DNA from: Candidatus Scalindua sp.
GTDB taxonomy: Bacteria > Planctomycetota > Brocadiia > Brocadiales > Scalinduaceae
Length of the DNA stretch: 32,000 nucleotides
Reading direction: 5' to 3'
Assembly (NCBI GenBank): GCA_031316235.1
Contig: JALDRA010000001.1
Location: forward strand, 330,001-362,000
Position 1 is the first letter of the stretch, and every line of letters begins with the position of its first letter. A program made the position numbers and the translations under genes. Shown piece after piece: positions 1-8,142 of this stretch. A model generated the notes under the pieces. It ran no database searches, was not told the origin of the DNA, and worked only from the letters and a program-made list of their open reading frames with translations.

Positions 1-27
1 ATGCCACGAGATAATAATAGCGGTGCT

Positions 28-672
28 TCAATCCAGTTTACCTTTCCTCAGCGAGTCGATAAAAGCGTAAAATCTCGGGTTTAGATATTCTGACAGTACG
101 TCGGCAATGCCCTCATCAGTGAAATCATACGTGACATGGCTCCCCTTCACTCCAACACGAAAACCTCTTTCAATATTTGGATGAACTTTAAGCTCTATAC
201 CGCTCTTTATTTCATCTTGAAGTCTTGACAGAAACCCTTCAAGGAGCATATCTCTATCAGATTCGCGTAAAAAGAACTCCAGGTTTAAGTCTCCACTTTT
301 ATCTCTGTTCCACCCCTCGATAATTTTTATCAACACCGCTTCCAGGGTTTTACCCGTCATAACGCTTTGAAATTCTCTTTTCATGAGAGAATCAAAAACC
401 ACGGCAAGAGATCTCCGGATGCTTAAGATTATGTCCCTTGCAGCCTGTTCAAGCGCCGTTTTACTCATACGCTCCTTCCGTTTTGTCTCTTCCTCAGCCT
501 TCTCAGATATTTCAGTAGCTTTGTGCCAGGCTTCATTTAAAATGTTGGAAGCTGTAATTTTTGCCTCCTTAATGATATCTTCAGACTCTTTTTCTGCTTC
601 CTGTATCCCCTCAGATTTAATTTTCTGGATGATATCATGAAGATTTGTGTCTGAATTTTCCGGAACTTTCAT
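28..672 (-). CDS. ntpE: A/V-type ATP synthase subunit E (peripheral stalk)
   Basis: 214-aa ORF with an ATG start. The N-terminal half is a highly charged coiled coil (KIKSEGIQEAEKESEDIIKEAK...EETKRKERM). The C-terminal half is globular and ends ...GIADVLSEYL. This layout is typical of V/A-ATPase subunit E. Confidence 0.75.
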   Translation of the reverse strand: MKVPENSDTNLHDIIQKIKSEGIQEAEKESEDIIKEAKITASNILNEAWHKATEISEKAEEETKRKERMSKTALEQAARDIILSIRRSLAVVFDSLMKREFQSVMTGKTLEAVLIKIIEGWNRDKSGDLNLEFFLRESDRDMLLEGFLSRLQDEIKSGIELKVHPNIERGFRVGVKGSHVTYDFTDEGIADVLSEYLNPRFYAFIDSLRKGKLD

Positions 673-1029
673 AATCGGTACCTAAATTTTTTCTCAGACA
701 AGGCATCCCACCTTGGAGTTACAAAGTGTAACTGCAGTGATAATACCAGAATTCAAAGATATTTAAAGTTAAAATAGTGCTACTTATTTTTACTCCATTG
801 CATCTGAACGGGAAATTGGTAACTGTTTATATCGTCTCCTAGAAAAAATCCGCTGACCACAGAACAGTTATCCTTTTACAAGCTTTCTCCGAGATTGCCC
901 GATTAACAATAGATTGCTCCTCCAGTTAACCTCTCAACATATCCGAAATACTGATGAATTTCATCATAATGTAGTGGACAGGTCTGGAAAATCCATTGTA
1001 CCCATTAGTCACTTACTTGTCATTACATT

Positions 1030-1141
1030 TATACTCATCTCATAATGGTTTTCGGATTAAATCCGAGATAAATTTGAGCGAGTATACCTTCACCAGGATT
1101 TTGTTTCCGGTAAAACCGAAAACCAAGTCGGTTTTAGTATA
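1030..1141 (+). repeat. Family A multi-hairpin intergenic repeat, copy A1 (short form, lacks the ~27-bp middle module)
   Basis: Starts TATACTCATCTCATAATGGTTTTCGGAT and ends GGTTTTAGTATA. It aligns along its length with 14773-14911, 17007-17146, 26715-26784 and 29157-29296. Confidence 0.85.
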
Positions 1142-1411
1142 TCAACGCACCTGCAGGGTCGGCACATATCCATGATTTTCATTGCCGTTGTAACATTCAT
1201 TTCAGTAATGAGTGTAATAGGGAATAAACTTTTTTGTGGTTTGGCCTGCCCTGCTGGTGCTATACTGAAACTGATTTGGTTTTAGATTTTTCTGAAAACT
1301 AAAGCCTGGGAACTTTTTTGCTCAGAAAAATCTCACATTGGCATACCTGCTTCAGCGGCAATCTGTCCCCTGGGAATTCTTAAACGATACTTCGGTGCCC
1401 AAACACTATGA
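1142..1411 (+). pseudogene. Possible remnant of a polyferredoxin/NapH-like (CxxxCPxGA-motif) membrane protein gene
   Basis: A short frame at 1172-1285 reads MIFIAVVTFISVMSVIGNKLFCGLACPAGA. It then runs straight into an A-family terminus (TATACTGAAA at 1261). The same frame further on reads AAICPLGILKRYFG (about 1343-1411). Both motifs resemble the FCxxxCPxGA repeats of COG0348-type proteins. No intact ORF is present. Confidence 0.35.
1261..1310 (-). repeat. Family A fragment (right-end hairpin only, inverted orientation)
   Basis: TATACTGAAACTGATTTGGTTTTAGATTTTTCTGAAAAC matches the reverse complement of the A-family right end. Compare 29245-29296 and 19116-19155. Confidence 0.7.
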
Positions 1412-1589
1412 TGTTGACAATGCACTGTGATGTGAGATAATTTACAGAAAAGACTCATTTGTTACTCCTTTGTTGATGTTGTGGGGACGACTCAACTCAG
1501 GGGGCAACAATGGGTCTTTTTTTATGGTAAATCCTTGCTATCATTCCACTCCCGGAGGTGGTTATTCAATTCACCGATTAATTAAGACA

Positions 1590-1617
1590 TTGATTAACTT
1601 GTGTTTTAAAGTATAAT
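1590..1617 (+). promoter_or_regulatory. Sigma-70-like promoter candidate (TTGATT-16 nt-TATAAT)
   Basis: TTGATT lies at 1590-1595 and a perfect TATAAT at 1612-1617, about 70 nt upstream of the ATG at 1688. Confidence 0.45.
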
Positions 1618-1687
1618 GAGTAGTAAAACTTACAGTTTTCGCAGAGATAAGGTACGACAGACAAAACAAAATTTCTGATATCAGATT

Positions 1688-2140
1688 ATGGAAAACAAAG
1701 ATGTTGGTGAGTTGGCAAGAGATTATTACCTGAAAGGATTCGGGTGTGCTGAGAGTATTCTCCACGCCTTCAATGATCTGAGAGTAATAAAGGTATCTGA
1801 TCCCCTGCTAAAAGCATCTACCGGCTTTGGAACAGGATTCGGAGGTAAGGGTTCAACCTGTGGGGCGATAACCGGCCCGATAATGGCAATAGGGCTGGAA
1901 TATGGCAGGCTGAAACCAGAGGAAAGTGCGGAAGACACATACAGACGGACGAAGAAGGTTGTTGAAGCGTATGAGCTGAAGTACAAAACCACCATCTGTA
2001 CCCAGGTAACAAGGGTCTGGAGGGAACGAGGGAAATTTGCAACACCGGAAAGGAAGAAATTCTGCGGAGCCATTGTCCGCTATATGGCAAGGGAGACAGA
2101 AAGAATACTGAGTGAAGAAGATGGCAACCAGCGTACATAA
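1688..2140 (+). CDS. C_GCAxxG_C_C family redox-active protein
   Basis: The family-defining motif GFGCAESIL (C-GCAxxG) is present. Later Cys residues occur in STCGAITG, TTICTQ and KKFCGAI. The size of 150 aa fits the family. Confidence 0.8.
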   Translation: MENKDVGELARDYYLKGFGCAESILHAFNDLRVIKVSDPLLKASTGFGTGFGGKGSTCGAITGPIMAIGLEYGRLKPEESAEDTYRRTKKVVEAYELKYKTTICTQVTRVWRERGKFATPERKKFCGAIVRYMARETERILSEEDGNQRT

Positions 2141-2367
2141 AAGGAGTATTTGCTTATTAGTAAACCCGTTTGGGTTTTGCACATGGCGTGAAACACCGCA
2201 CGAAAAAGCTGCACTTAGCTCAGTTTTACATAAGGTATTTAGTGTTTTCGTTCACGCACTATCAAATTTGATCATGCCCGTTCTAACCACACCGGCGCTG
2301 CACGGGCATGCTGACGATGCATTCCTGCGTGATTAATTTATAGTCTTTTAAAAGGAGGTTGTAAGAA

Positions 2368-3087
2368 ATGAGATATTACTTTTCAGCAATTCTTGTTATT
2401 CTGTCATTGATTTTATCTGCTCCTCATATCAATGCCCAGGAAGATGAAAAGTCCCTGACCAAAGAGCAGGTCCAAATAATGCAGGAAAACTTAAATAAAG
2501 CCATGCTGGCTCTAAAGAAAGAGATTAAGATAGAGACTGAAGTTGAAAATGGCGGTACTATTTCGGGAAATGTAACATGTAAAAGAGTCAAGCATCCGGA
2601 AAATGTGGTGGTTTATATTGAAAAAGTAGGTGACAACAAATTCCCAGCACCTGAGGAGCATGGGGTAGTGGACCAATTTAATTTAACTTTTATCCCTCAT
2701 GTAATAGCGATACAGAAAGGTACAACGATTGACTTCCCAAACAGTGATAGTGTCCGCCACAATGTATTGTCTCCTCCAGACTGCCCTATGCAGTTTAATC
2801 TGGGTACCTATGATGTTGGCGTTGTAAAACACGTAACATTTGACAAACCCGGAGAGATACCTCTTTTGTGTAACGTCCACGCAGAGATGTCGGCTTTTGT
2901 ACTCGTACTGGAAAATCCATATTTTTCACTCACCGGAAAGGATGGCGTTTTCAAGATAGAGAATGTTCCGGCAGGTACTTACAAATTAAACGCGTGGCAT
3001 GAAAAACTTCAAACGGTAACGAAAGAGGTAACGGTAGAAGCAGGTAAGACAACAAACATCGATTTCCAGTTAAAGAAACGTAAATAG
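2368..3087 (+). CDS. Secreted cupredoxin-like protein (amicyanin-type ligand pattern) with C-terminal carboxypeptidase-regulatory-like beta-sandwich
   Basis: An AGGAGG RBS lies 10 nt upstream. The signal peptide is MRYYFSAILVILSLILSAPHINA. The pattern FIPHVIAIQKGTTIDFPNSDSVRHNV...LLCNVHAEM gives His...Cys-x2-His-x2-Met. The C-terminus GKDGVFKIENVPAGTYKLNAWH...TTNIDFQL looks like a CarboxypepD_reg domain. Confidence 0.65.
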   Translation: MRYYFSAILVILSLILSAPHINAQEDEKSLTKEQVQIMQENLNKAMLALKKEIKIETEVENGGTISGNVTCKRVKHPENVVVYIEKVGDNKFPAPEEHGVVDQFNLTFIPHVIAIQKGTTIDFPNSDSVRHNVLSPPDCPMQFNLGTYDVGVVKHVTFDKPGEIPLLCNVHAEMSAFVLVLENPYFSLTGKDGVFKIENVPAGTYKLNAWHEKLQTVTKEVTVEAGKTTNIDFQLKKRK

Positions 3088-3172
3088 ATATTGTAGATAT
3101 TCTCCGGCTTTCAACGGTTATACCTGGATACCAGATCAGAGATCAATCGAAACTTCTTTCCTACGCTATACA

Positions 3173-3490
3173 TTGAGAAGAATACCTTTTTTGCTTTTAA
3201 GCATTCTATTATGTATGACACTATCAGTTATATGCTGTTTGTGCCGAAGCAGGATGCATGGTGAAGTTGATCACAGCTTTCAAAAGTTAGTACACAGTGT
3301 AGGCCTGGCAGCCACTGCAAAGCCTGCATGGTGTTACATAAATTTTGATCCAAGGGTTGATCCGAGATGTTCGTGTACCGAATGGCCGATTCCAGGTGGT
3401 TACTGCTTTTGCCCAGACCATACCGGAACTGTTTCCTATATAACCAGTAATGTGGAAACAGGTGTGCTGGTTGAAATAGTCAGAAAATAA
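3173..3490 (+). CDS. Hypothetical small Cys-rich membrane-anchored/secreted protein
   Basis: 105-aa ORF with a TTG start (alternative ATG at 3215). The N-terminus is hydrophobic (RRIPFLLLSILLCMTLSVICCLC). Cys clusters follow (PRCSCTEWPIPGGYCFCPDH). There is no obvious RBS and no recognised family. The ORF lies between operon neighbours on the same strand. Confidence 0.35.
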   Translation: MRRIPFLLLSILLCMTLSVICCLCRSRMHGEVDHSFQKLVHSVGLAATAKPAWCYINFDPRVDPRCSCTEWPIPGGYCFCPDHTGTVSYITSNVETGVLVEIVRK

Positions 3491-3556
3491 TTACAGAGGA
3501 ACATGCAGGCGGTACATCCTTTTATCTAAACGAATCGTTCCGGAGCGAAAACCTTC

Positions 3557-4705
3557 TTGAAGAAACATATTAATTTATTTCTTTTAGCAACAGAAAATTT
3601 AGTAAGGCACAAAACAAAGTCTATTGTTGTCTCACTCTGCATACTAGCCATACTTTTACCATTTATAACAGCTATTGCCATTTCAGAAGGTGTCAGGTTT
3701 CAATCACTTGGTTCTGTCGAAGAAAGTGCTGATCTCTATGTAACATTTGATGAATTTGGAAGAAATTCTGCAGTTCCTCTTAAATACCTGGATGAGGTGA
3801 AAGATATCTTCGGGGTAAAAAAGGTTGTACCACGAATTATCGGCAGATGTTACCTGCAAGATAAACTTGCGGTTATTGTGGGGATCGATAAAGAGCATCT
3901 GCCGGAATCAACTTCCTTAATTTCAGGAAGGATTTTTGAAAATGTTAATGAGGTGGTGGTTGGTAGCGAATTGGCAGAACACTTTAATCTCCATATCGGT
4001 GATCAGTTTCAAATGCGTGGACAGAATATAAAGTTTTTTACTGTCGTGGGTTTTTTCTCTTCTGCTTCGAATATCTGGAGTGCGTCCATGCTTTTCATGT
4101 CTTTCGGTGATGCCGGTGAGTTATTCGGGAAACATGACATTGCCACTGATATACAGCTATACAGCGTTCCGGGACACAACTCGGAGATTGCGACTGAACT
4201 GTACTATATATTTGAGGGAGAGCCATACCGATTGCAGGATAAAGATATGATAGCATTGTATGTTAAAAAAGGATTTATGCTCAAAGAGGGAATCTTTACC
4301 GCGTTATATACCGTAGCATTTGCCTTGGGGATTCCATCTATCCTCGTAGCGTCGGGCTTTGGATTATCAGAACGGAGAAAGGAGATCGGTATCATGAAGG
4401 CTACCGGTTGGCAGACGCTGGAGGTTCTGGAACTTATCACTTTTGAACAGTTATTAATCAGTTTATCTGGTGCAGTAACTGCCATATTGTTATCGATTAC
4501 ATGGATGAAGTGTTTCAATGGGGCTTTTATCGCGCAATTTTTTATTGGAGAGATAAATCTGCTACCTGAATTTGTTGTTCCTGCAAGGTTTTTACCTTTA
4601 CCGTGCCTCCTGAGTTTTTTCTTTGCGATACTCCTGACCATGGTCGGGAGTATCTATTCTTCATGGAGGGCGTCAACCGAGTCACCTGTCAGGTCATTAA
4701 AATGA
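3557..4705 (+). CDS. ABC transporter permease, MacB/FtsX type (single N-terminal TM, large periplasmic domain, C-terminal FtsX 3-TM bundle)
   Basis: The start is TTG, with GGAG 11 nt upstream. The FtsX signature is SERRKEIGIMKATGWQ...ELITFEQLL. The topology is TM1, an approximately 210-aa extracytoplasmic domain, then three TMs. The stop overlaps the next gene's start (ATGA). Confidence 0.8.
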   Translation: MKKHINLFLLATENLVRHKTKSIVVSLCILAILLPFITAIAISEGVRFQSLGSVEESADLYVTFDEFGRNSAVPLKYLDEVKDIFGVKKVVPRIIGRCYLQDKLAVIVGIDKEHLPESTSLISGRIFENVNEVVVGSELAEHFNLHIGDQFQMRGQNIKFFTVVGFFSSASNIWSASMLFMSFGDAGELFGKHDIATDIQLYSVPGHNSEIATELYYIFEGEPYRLQDKDMIALYVKKGFMLKEGIFTALYTVAFALGIPSILVASGFGLSERRKEIGIMKATGWQTLEVLELITFEQLLISLSGAVTAILLSITWMKCFNGAFIAQFFIGEINLLPEFVVPARFLPLPCLLSFFFAILLTMVGSIYSSWRASTESPVRSLK

Positions 4706-5367
4706 TGATACGAACCGAAAAACTCTGGAAATATTACAGCATACACTCACGGCACGAAGTGAGTGCTATAAGAGACATTAATCTGAGTATATCAAAGAGC
4801 GCATTTATCGTATTTAACGGTCCATCCGGTTCAGGGAAGACTACCCTCCTGAATATTATCGGCGCTCTGGACAGGCCGACTGAAGGGAAAGTGTTCATAT
4901 ATGATGAAGAGATTACTTCATTTTCAGACATTGGCCTTGCAAGATTACGTCGTGAGAAGATAGGTTTTATCTTTCAGGATTTCCACCTCGTTCCGAGGCT
5001 TTCCAGCTGGGAGAATGTATCATATCCGCTTATACCACTGGGTATCGGCTTCAGAGAACGTCTTCAAAGGGCAAAACTGCTTTTGGAAAATGTGGGCCTT
5101 GGCGACAGGTTAGCTCATACGCCTGAAGAACTCAGCGGAGGACAGCAACAGCGGGTGGCGATAGCACGGGCACTGATAAATAACCCTGAAATTATTATTG
5201 CAGACGAACCAACCTCCAACATTGATGAAGAGACCGGCAAACAGTTACTGGAACTTTTAAAGGAATTACAAGCCCACGGAGTCACAATACTGGTGGCTAC
5301 GCATGATACCGGTTTTGAAAAAGTAGCTGATACCATTTATACAATAAGAAATGGCAGGATAGAATGA
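4702..5367 (+). CDS. ABC transporter ATP-binding protein (LolD/MacB-like)
   Basis: Walker A is GPSGSGKTT, the signature motif is LSGGQQQRVAIARAL and Walker B is IIIADEPT. I place the start at ATG 4702, which overlaps the permease stop (ATGA). The track ORF start at 4603 would lie inside the permease gene. Confidence 0.9.
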   Translation: MMIRTEKLWKYYSIHSRHEVSAIRDINLSISKSAFIVFNGPSGSGKTTLLNIIGALDRPTEGKVFIYDEEITSFSDIGLARLRREKIGFIFQDFHLVPRLSSWENVSYPLIPLGIGFRERLQRAKLLLENVGLGDRLAHTPEELSGGQQQRVAIARALINNPEIIIADEPTSNIDEETGKQLLELLKELQAHGVTILVATHDTGFEKVADTIYTIRNGRIE

Positions 5368-6389
5368 TAGTAAACATCTTTACCCTTGTTATGTTATTTA
5401 TTGCCCTATTGTCTTTTTTCCTGGGTGGATATCTGTTTTATGCTACGCTCAAAACACTCCTCCTTTTCAAAACGGATATATCTCTGGAGACAAAAAACAG
5501 ATTTGAAGAGAAAGGGTACCTGATTTTTTTATTGGCATGTGTAGCGCTTTCAGTCCGGATGTTTGCCTGGCCGTGGTTCTATTTTATGCTCCAGAGCTTC
5601 GTATCTGAAGTACCCGGGGCGATGTGTATATTTGGTGTTACCCGTGTTCTACCCGATACAGTTACCTTTTTGCAGATAATTAAACCAATTTCATTTTTTA
5701 TAATGGGTGGCTGGCTCTTATGCTATTATGTTGACAAATCTATCCCGACATCGCCCCTGGCACGAAGAAATCTGTTATTCCTGCTCCCGATCTGTGGTGT
5801 TCTTTTAGCGGACAGTATGGGAGATATCTATTATGTGATTCGTATGAAGCCGCTGATGTCCGTCTCCTGCTGTGCAACCTTCTTTGATACTCCCTTAAGA
5901 CCTTCTGCAATGATCCCACAGGCTATATTTGGAAGAGATTTCCAACAGGCTCTGTTTGTTGTTTTCTATGCAACAAACATAACGCTTGTCGTTCTGTTAT
6001 TTACAAGTCTTTCCAGGAAGTGGCATTCATTAACACCAATGTCCAGAAATATTATGCTGTACAGCCAGTCTGTGATAGCTGTTGGTAATATTCCCCTCGT
6101 AATTATTGCTTTTTTCGAGAACATTGGCCCTACACTGATGCAACTCCCTCTTCACCACTGCATTTACTGTTTTATGGGGAAAGGTATAGTTCCGGATGCA
6201 CCTGTTATACTTGGATTATTTGTCATTGGAACATTTGCAGTTGGCTGGATGAGCATTATCCGCCTCATCTGCAGGAATGGAGAAACACAACCGGTAACAG
6301 AAAAGCTTCTCAGGAAGGTCAATGGTTTAAGTGCGTTTTGCCTGTCGGCCTTCATTATGATGGTAACCATACATCTCTTACTGATTTAA
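5364..6389 (+). CDS. Polytopic membrane protein of unknown function (about 8 TM) with conserved-looking Cys motifs
   Basis: The start overlaps the ATPase stop (ATGA), which suggests translational coupling. There are eight hydrophobic segments. Cys motifs are GAMCIFG, VSCCATFFD and LPLHHCIYCFMG (HH-C-x2-C). No family was recognised. Confidence 0.6.
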   Translation: MIVNIFTLVMLFIALLSFFLGGYLFYATLKTLLLFKTDISLETKNRFEEKGYLIFLLACVALSVRMFAWPWFYFMLQSFVSEVPGAMCIFGVTRVLPDTVTFLQIIKPISFFIMGGWLLCYYVDKSIPTSPLARRNLLFLLPICGVLLADSMGDIYYVIRMKPLMSVSCCATFFDTPLRPSAMIPQAIFGRDFQQALFVVFYATNITLVVLLFTSLSRKWHSLTPMSRNIMLYSQSVIAVGNIPLVIIAFFENIGPTLMQLPLHHCIYCFMGKGIVPDAPVILGLFVIGTFAVGWMSIIRLICRNGETQPVTEKLLRKVNGLSAFCLSAFIMMVTIHLLLI

Positions 6390-6526
6390 TGAATTGTGAT
6401 TTTACTATTCCCTTATTTTTTGCGTTAAAGACGCACGTTCAAATCCTTAAAAAAATTTTGGGAAAAGTTAGCCCGCCAGAATGTGCCGTTCGGTACGGGC
6501 GGGCCAGGATGACCTGATCTTATAAA

Positions 6527-6943
6527 ATGACTAAAACATTCTGGACAGGGATCATTATTTTTTTGATAATTTCAGTAATGGGGGTATGTTACCAGAAGTA
6601 TCTGAGGAATCAGCATTGTGCTTATGATGGCGGTGCCGTCACCGCAATTTACGAGGTTGATATTGTTCTGAAGGACAGGTCGGTCAAGAAGTTCTGTTCT
6701 ATCTATTGTGCAAAACAGTGGTTCGAAAATAACAAGCAGCATATTGACCATGTAGTTGTTACTGATGAGATCAGGGGAAACAAAGTCGATTCTTATATGG
6801 CGTATTTCGTAGAAAGTGACTTAATTACCAATAAGACTAACAACAATCGTATTCACGCTTTTCAGCAGAGGCAACATGCACAGACCCATGCAGAGAAGTT
6901 TAATGGATCGGCCGTAGATGATCCATTCGAAACTGATGAGTAG
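6527..6943 (+). CDS. Membrane-anchored NosL-like (putative metallochaperone) protein
   Basis: There is an N-terminal TM (FWTGIIIFLIISVMGV). The pattern that follows, C-AYDGG...KKFCSIYCAKQWF...VVVTDEIRGNKVDSYMAYFVES...IHAFQQRQHAQTHAEKFNGSAV, parallels the NosL family layout (Cys-containing N-terminus, then ...A.YV.GS...AF.....A..FA...GG.V). Confidence 0.5.
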   Translation: MTKTFWTGIIIFLIISVMGVCYQKYLRNQHCAYDGGAVTAIYEVDIVLKDRSVKKFCSIYCAKQWFENNKQHIDHVVVTDEIRGNKVDSYMAYFVESDLITNKTNNNRIHAFQQRQHAQTHAEKFNGSAVDDPFETDE

Positions 6944-6949
6944 ACGATT

Positions 6950-7222
6950 CTATGGCTTTTTTTCAACCAAGTATAAGCTCATCAGTGAGCATATCCATAT
7001 CATCAAACTGTTTGGCTGCACACAAGTTGAAATTAATTCAGGAAATAATTCTTGGAAAAACATCATTTGTATGATACCATTTTTATGCCGGTTTGGCAAT
7101 TTGATGAAGCAAAATTGAGGGTAATCAAAAATATGAATTTCTTGTGCTTTGAGAAAAGAGGTCGTTCCTTCTGCAAAACGAAAGGAAGGCATGTCCAGTT
7201 GATGACAATGCGGCCATAGCAT
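6950..7222 (-). CDS. Hypothetical ORF, no recognisable motif (possibly part of a degraded gene)
   Basis: 90-aa ORF only. Neighbouring frames contain further short ORFs, for example MKHTTEADKEHIREVL starting at 7272 on the minus strand. There is no RBS or family support. Confidence 0.2.
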   Translation of the reverse strand: MLWPHCHQLDMPSFRFAEGTTSFLKAQEIHIFDYPQFCFIKLPNRHKNGIIQMMFFQELFPELISTCVQPNSLMIWICSLMSLYLVEKKP

Positions 7223-7433
7223 TAAAGAACTTCCCGTATATGTTCTTTGTCTGCTTCAGTTGTGTGTTTCATTTACATTCTTCTCATAAGAGAATTATGT
7301 TGACTAACCCGAACGGGTTAGTACATATGCCTGTTGGTGTAAGCATTATAATAATTTGGCTGCATACTTGAAAATAAAAAATATTTCAGACTCGTTCGGG
7401 TCGGGTTGACCAAAATTATTTATGGAGAGAGAC

Positions 7434-7901
7434 ATGATTAAAATAAAAAGAATATTATTTCCGACAGACTTTTCTCCCTGTGCAGAACATGCCTTAAAGT
7501 ACGCCCTTACTTTTGCTTCTGAACATAAGGCAAAACTGTACGTTATGCATGTAGTTGGAGACTTTTATTCCCCTTCAGTAACCGGAGAAAATGGTGAACC
7601 CGCTGATCCCCCAGACTTTAAAAAAATGGAAGCAGAAGCAAAAAAGGCAATTCAACAATTGATACCTGAGCGATTTATGGAAGAGTTAGAAGTTGAGAAT
7701 ATTATCGTACAGGGAACACCGTTCCGGGAAATTGTCAAATCTGCAAAAAAATACAATGTAGACCTTATAACCATTGCTACTCATGGTAGAAAAGGGATTT
7801 CTCACATGCTTATGGGGAGTACGGCGGAAAGGGTTGTACAAATGGCTCCATGCCCGGTGCTTACGATAAAACATCCGGAACATGAGTTCGTGCTTCCATG
7901 A
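7434..7901 (+). CDS. Universal stress protein (UspA family)
   Basis: MIKIKRILFPTDFS...LYVMHVV...DLITIATHGRKGISHMLMGSTAERVVQMAPCPVLTIK carries the G-x2-G-x9-GS(T/V) ATP-binding-type motif. I prefer the ATG at 7434 because GGAGAGAG lies 4-5 nt upstream. The track start at 7422 is the alternative. Confidence 0.85.
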   Translation: MIKIKRILFPTDFSPCAEHALKYALTFASEHKAKLYVMHVVGDFYSPSVTGENGEPADPPDFKKMEAEAKKAIQQLIPERFMEELEVENIIVQGTPFREIVKSAKKYNVDLITIATHGRKGISHMLMGSTAERVVQMAPCPVLTIKHPEHEFVLP

Positions 7902-8142
7902 AAACCCTTCCTGCCCAGGGAATAAAAAAATCACTGCAAAGTATGAGCGACAGGTGGCCATGGTGGAATCTTGCCAAATTGTACAAGAACAGAAGTTTTA
8001 CAGACTTACGAGTAACATACCTTTTTCTCTCTGAAACAAAATCCTTACCGTACAATTCTCTCTCCATGTACTACACAAGTAAGGCCATCAAGTATAAGCT
8101 ATTATTAGTATTTATTGCTCGTTGCATCATTATTCATTCATA

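Noticed and set aside
383-640. 85-aa plus-strand ORF inside the ATPase subunit E gene
   Set aside because: It is antisense to a gene with clear family features. The translation is Ser/Leu-rich with no motif.
1726-2182. Three long minus-strand ORFs (1726-2073, 1818-2138, 1853-2182) plus 2112-2336 on the plus strand
   Set aside because: All overlap or are antisense to the well-supported C_GCAxxG gene, or lie in its 3' spacer. They have low-complexity, Pro/Ser/Leu-rich translations without motifs. They are shadow ORFs.
4204-4641. 145-aa minus-strand ORF
   Set aside because: It is antisense to the FtsX domain of the permease and has no independent support.
4603-4701. N-terminal extension of the ABC ATPase ORF (track start 4603)
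   Set aside because: The extension lies wholly inside the permease gene in another frame and has no ATPase homology. The ATG at 4702 forms a typical ATGA overlap with the permease stop.
6437-6446. GTTCAAATCC, a tRNA T-loop-like motif, next to a small hairpin (6421-6435)
   Set aside because: Flanking bases cannot form a T-stem or an acceptor stem, and no cloverleaf can be drawn.
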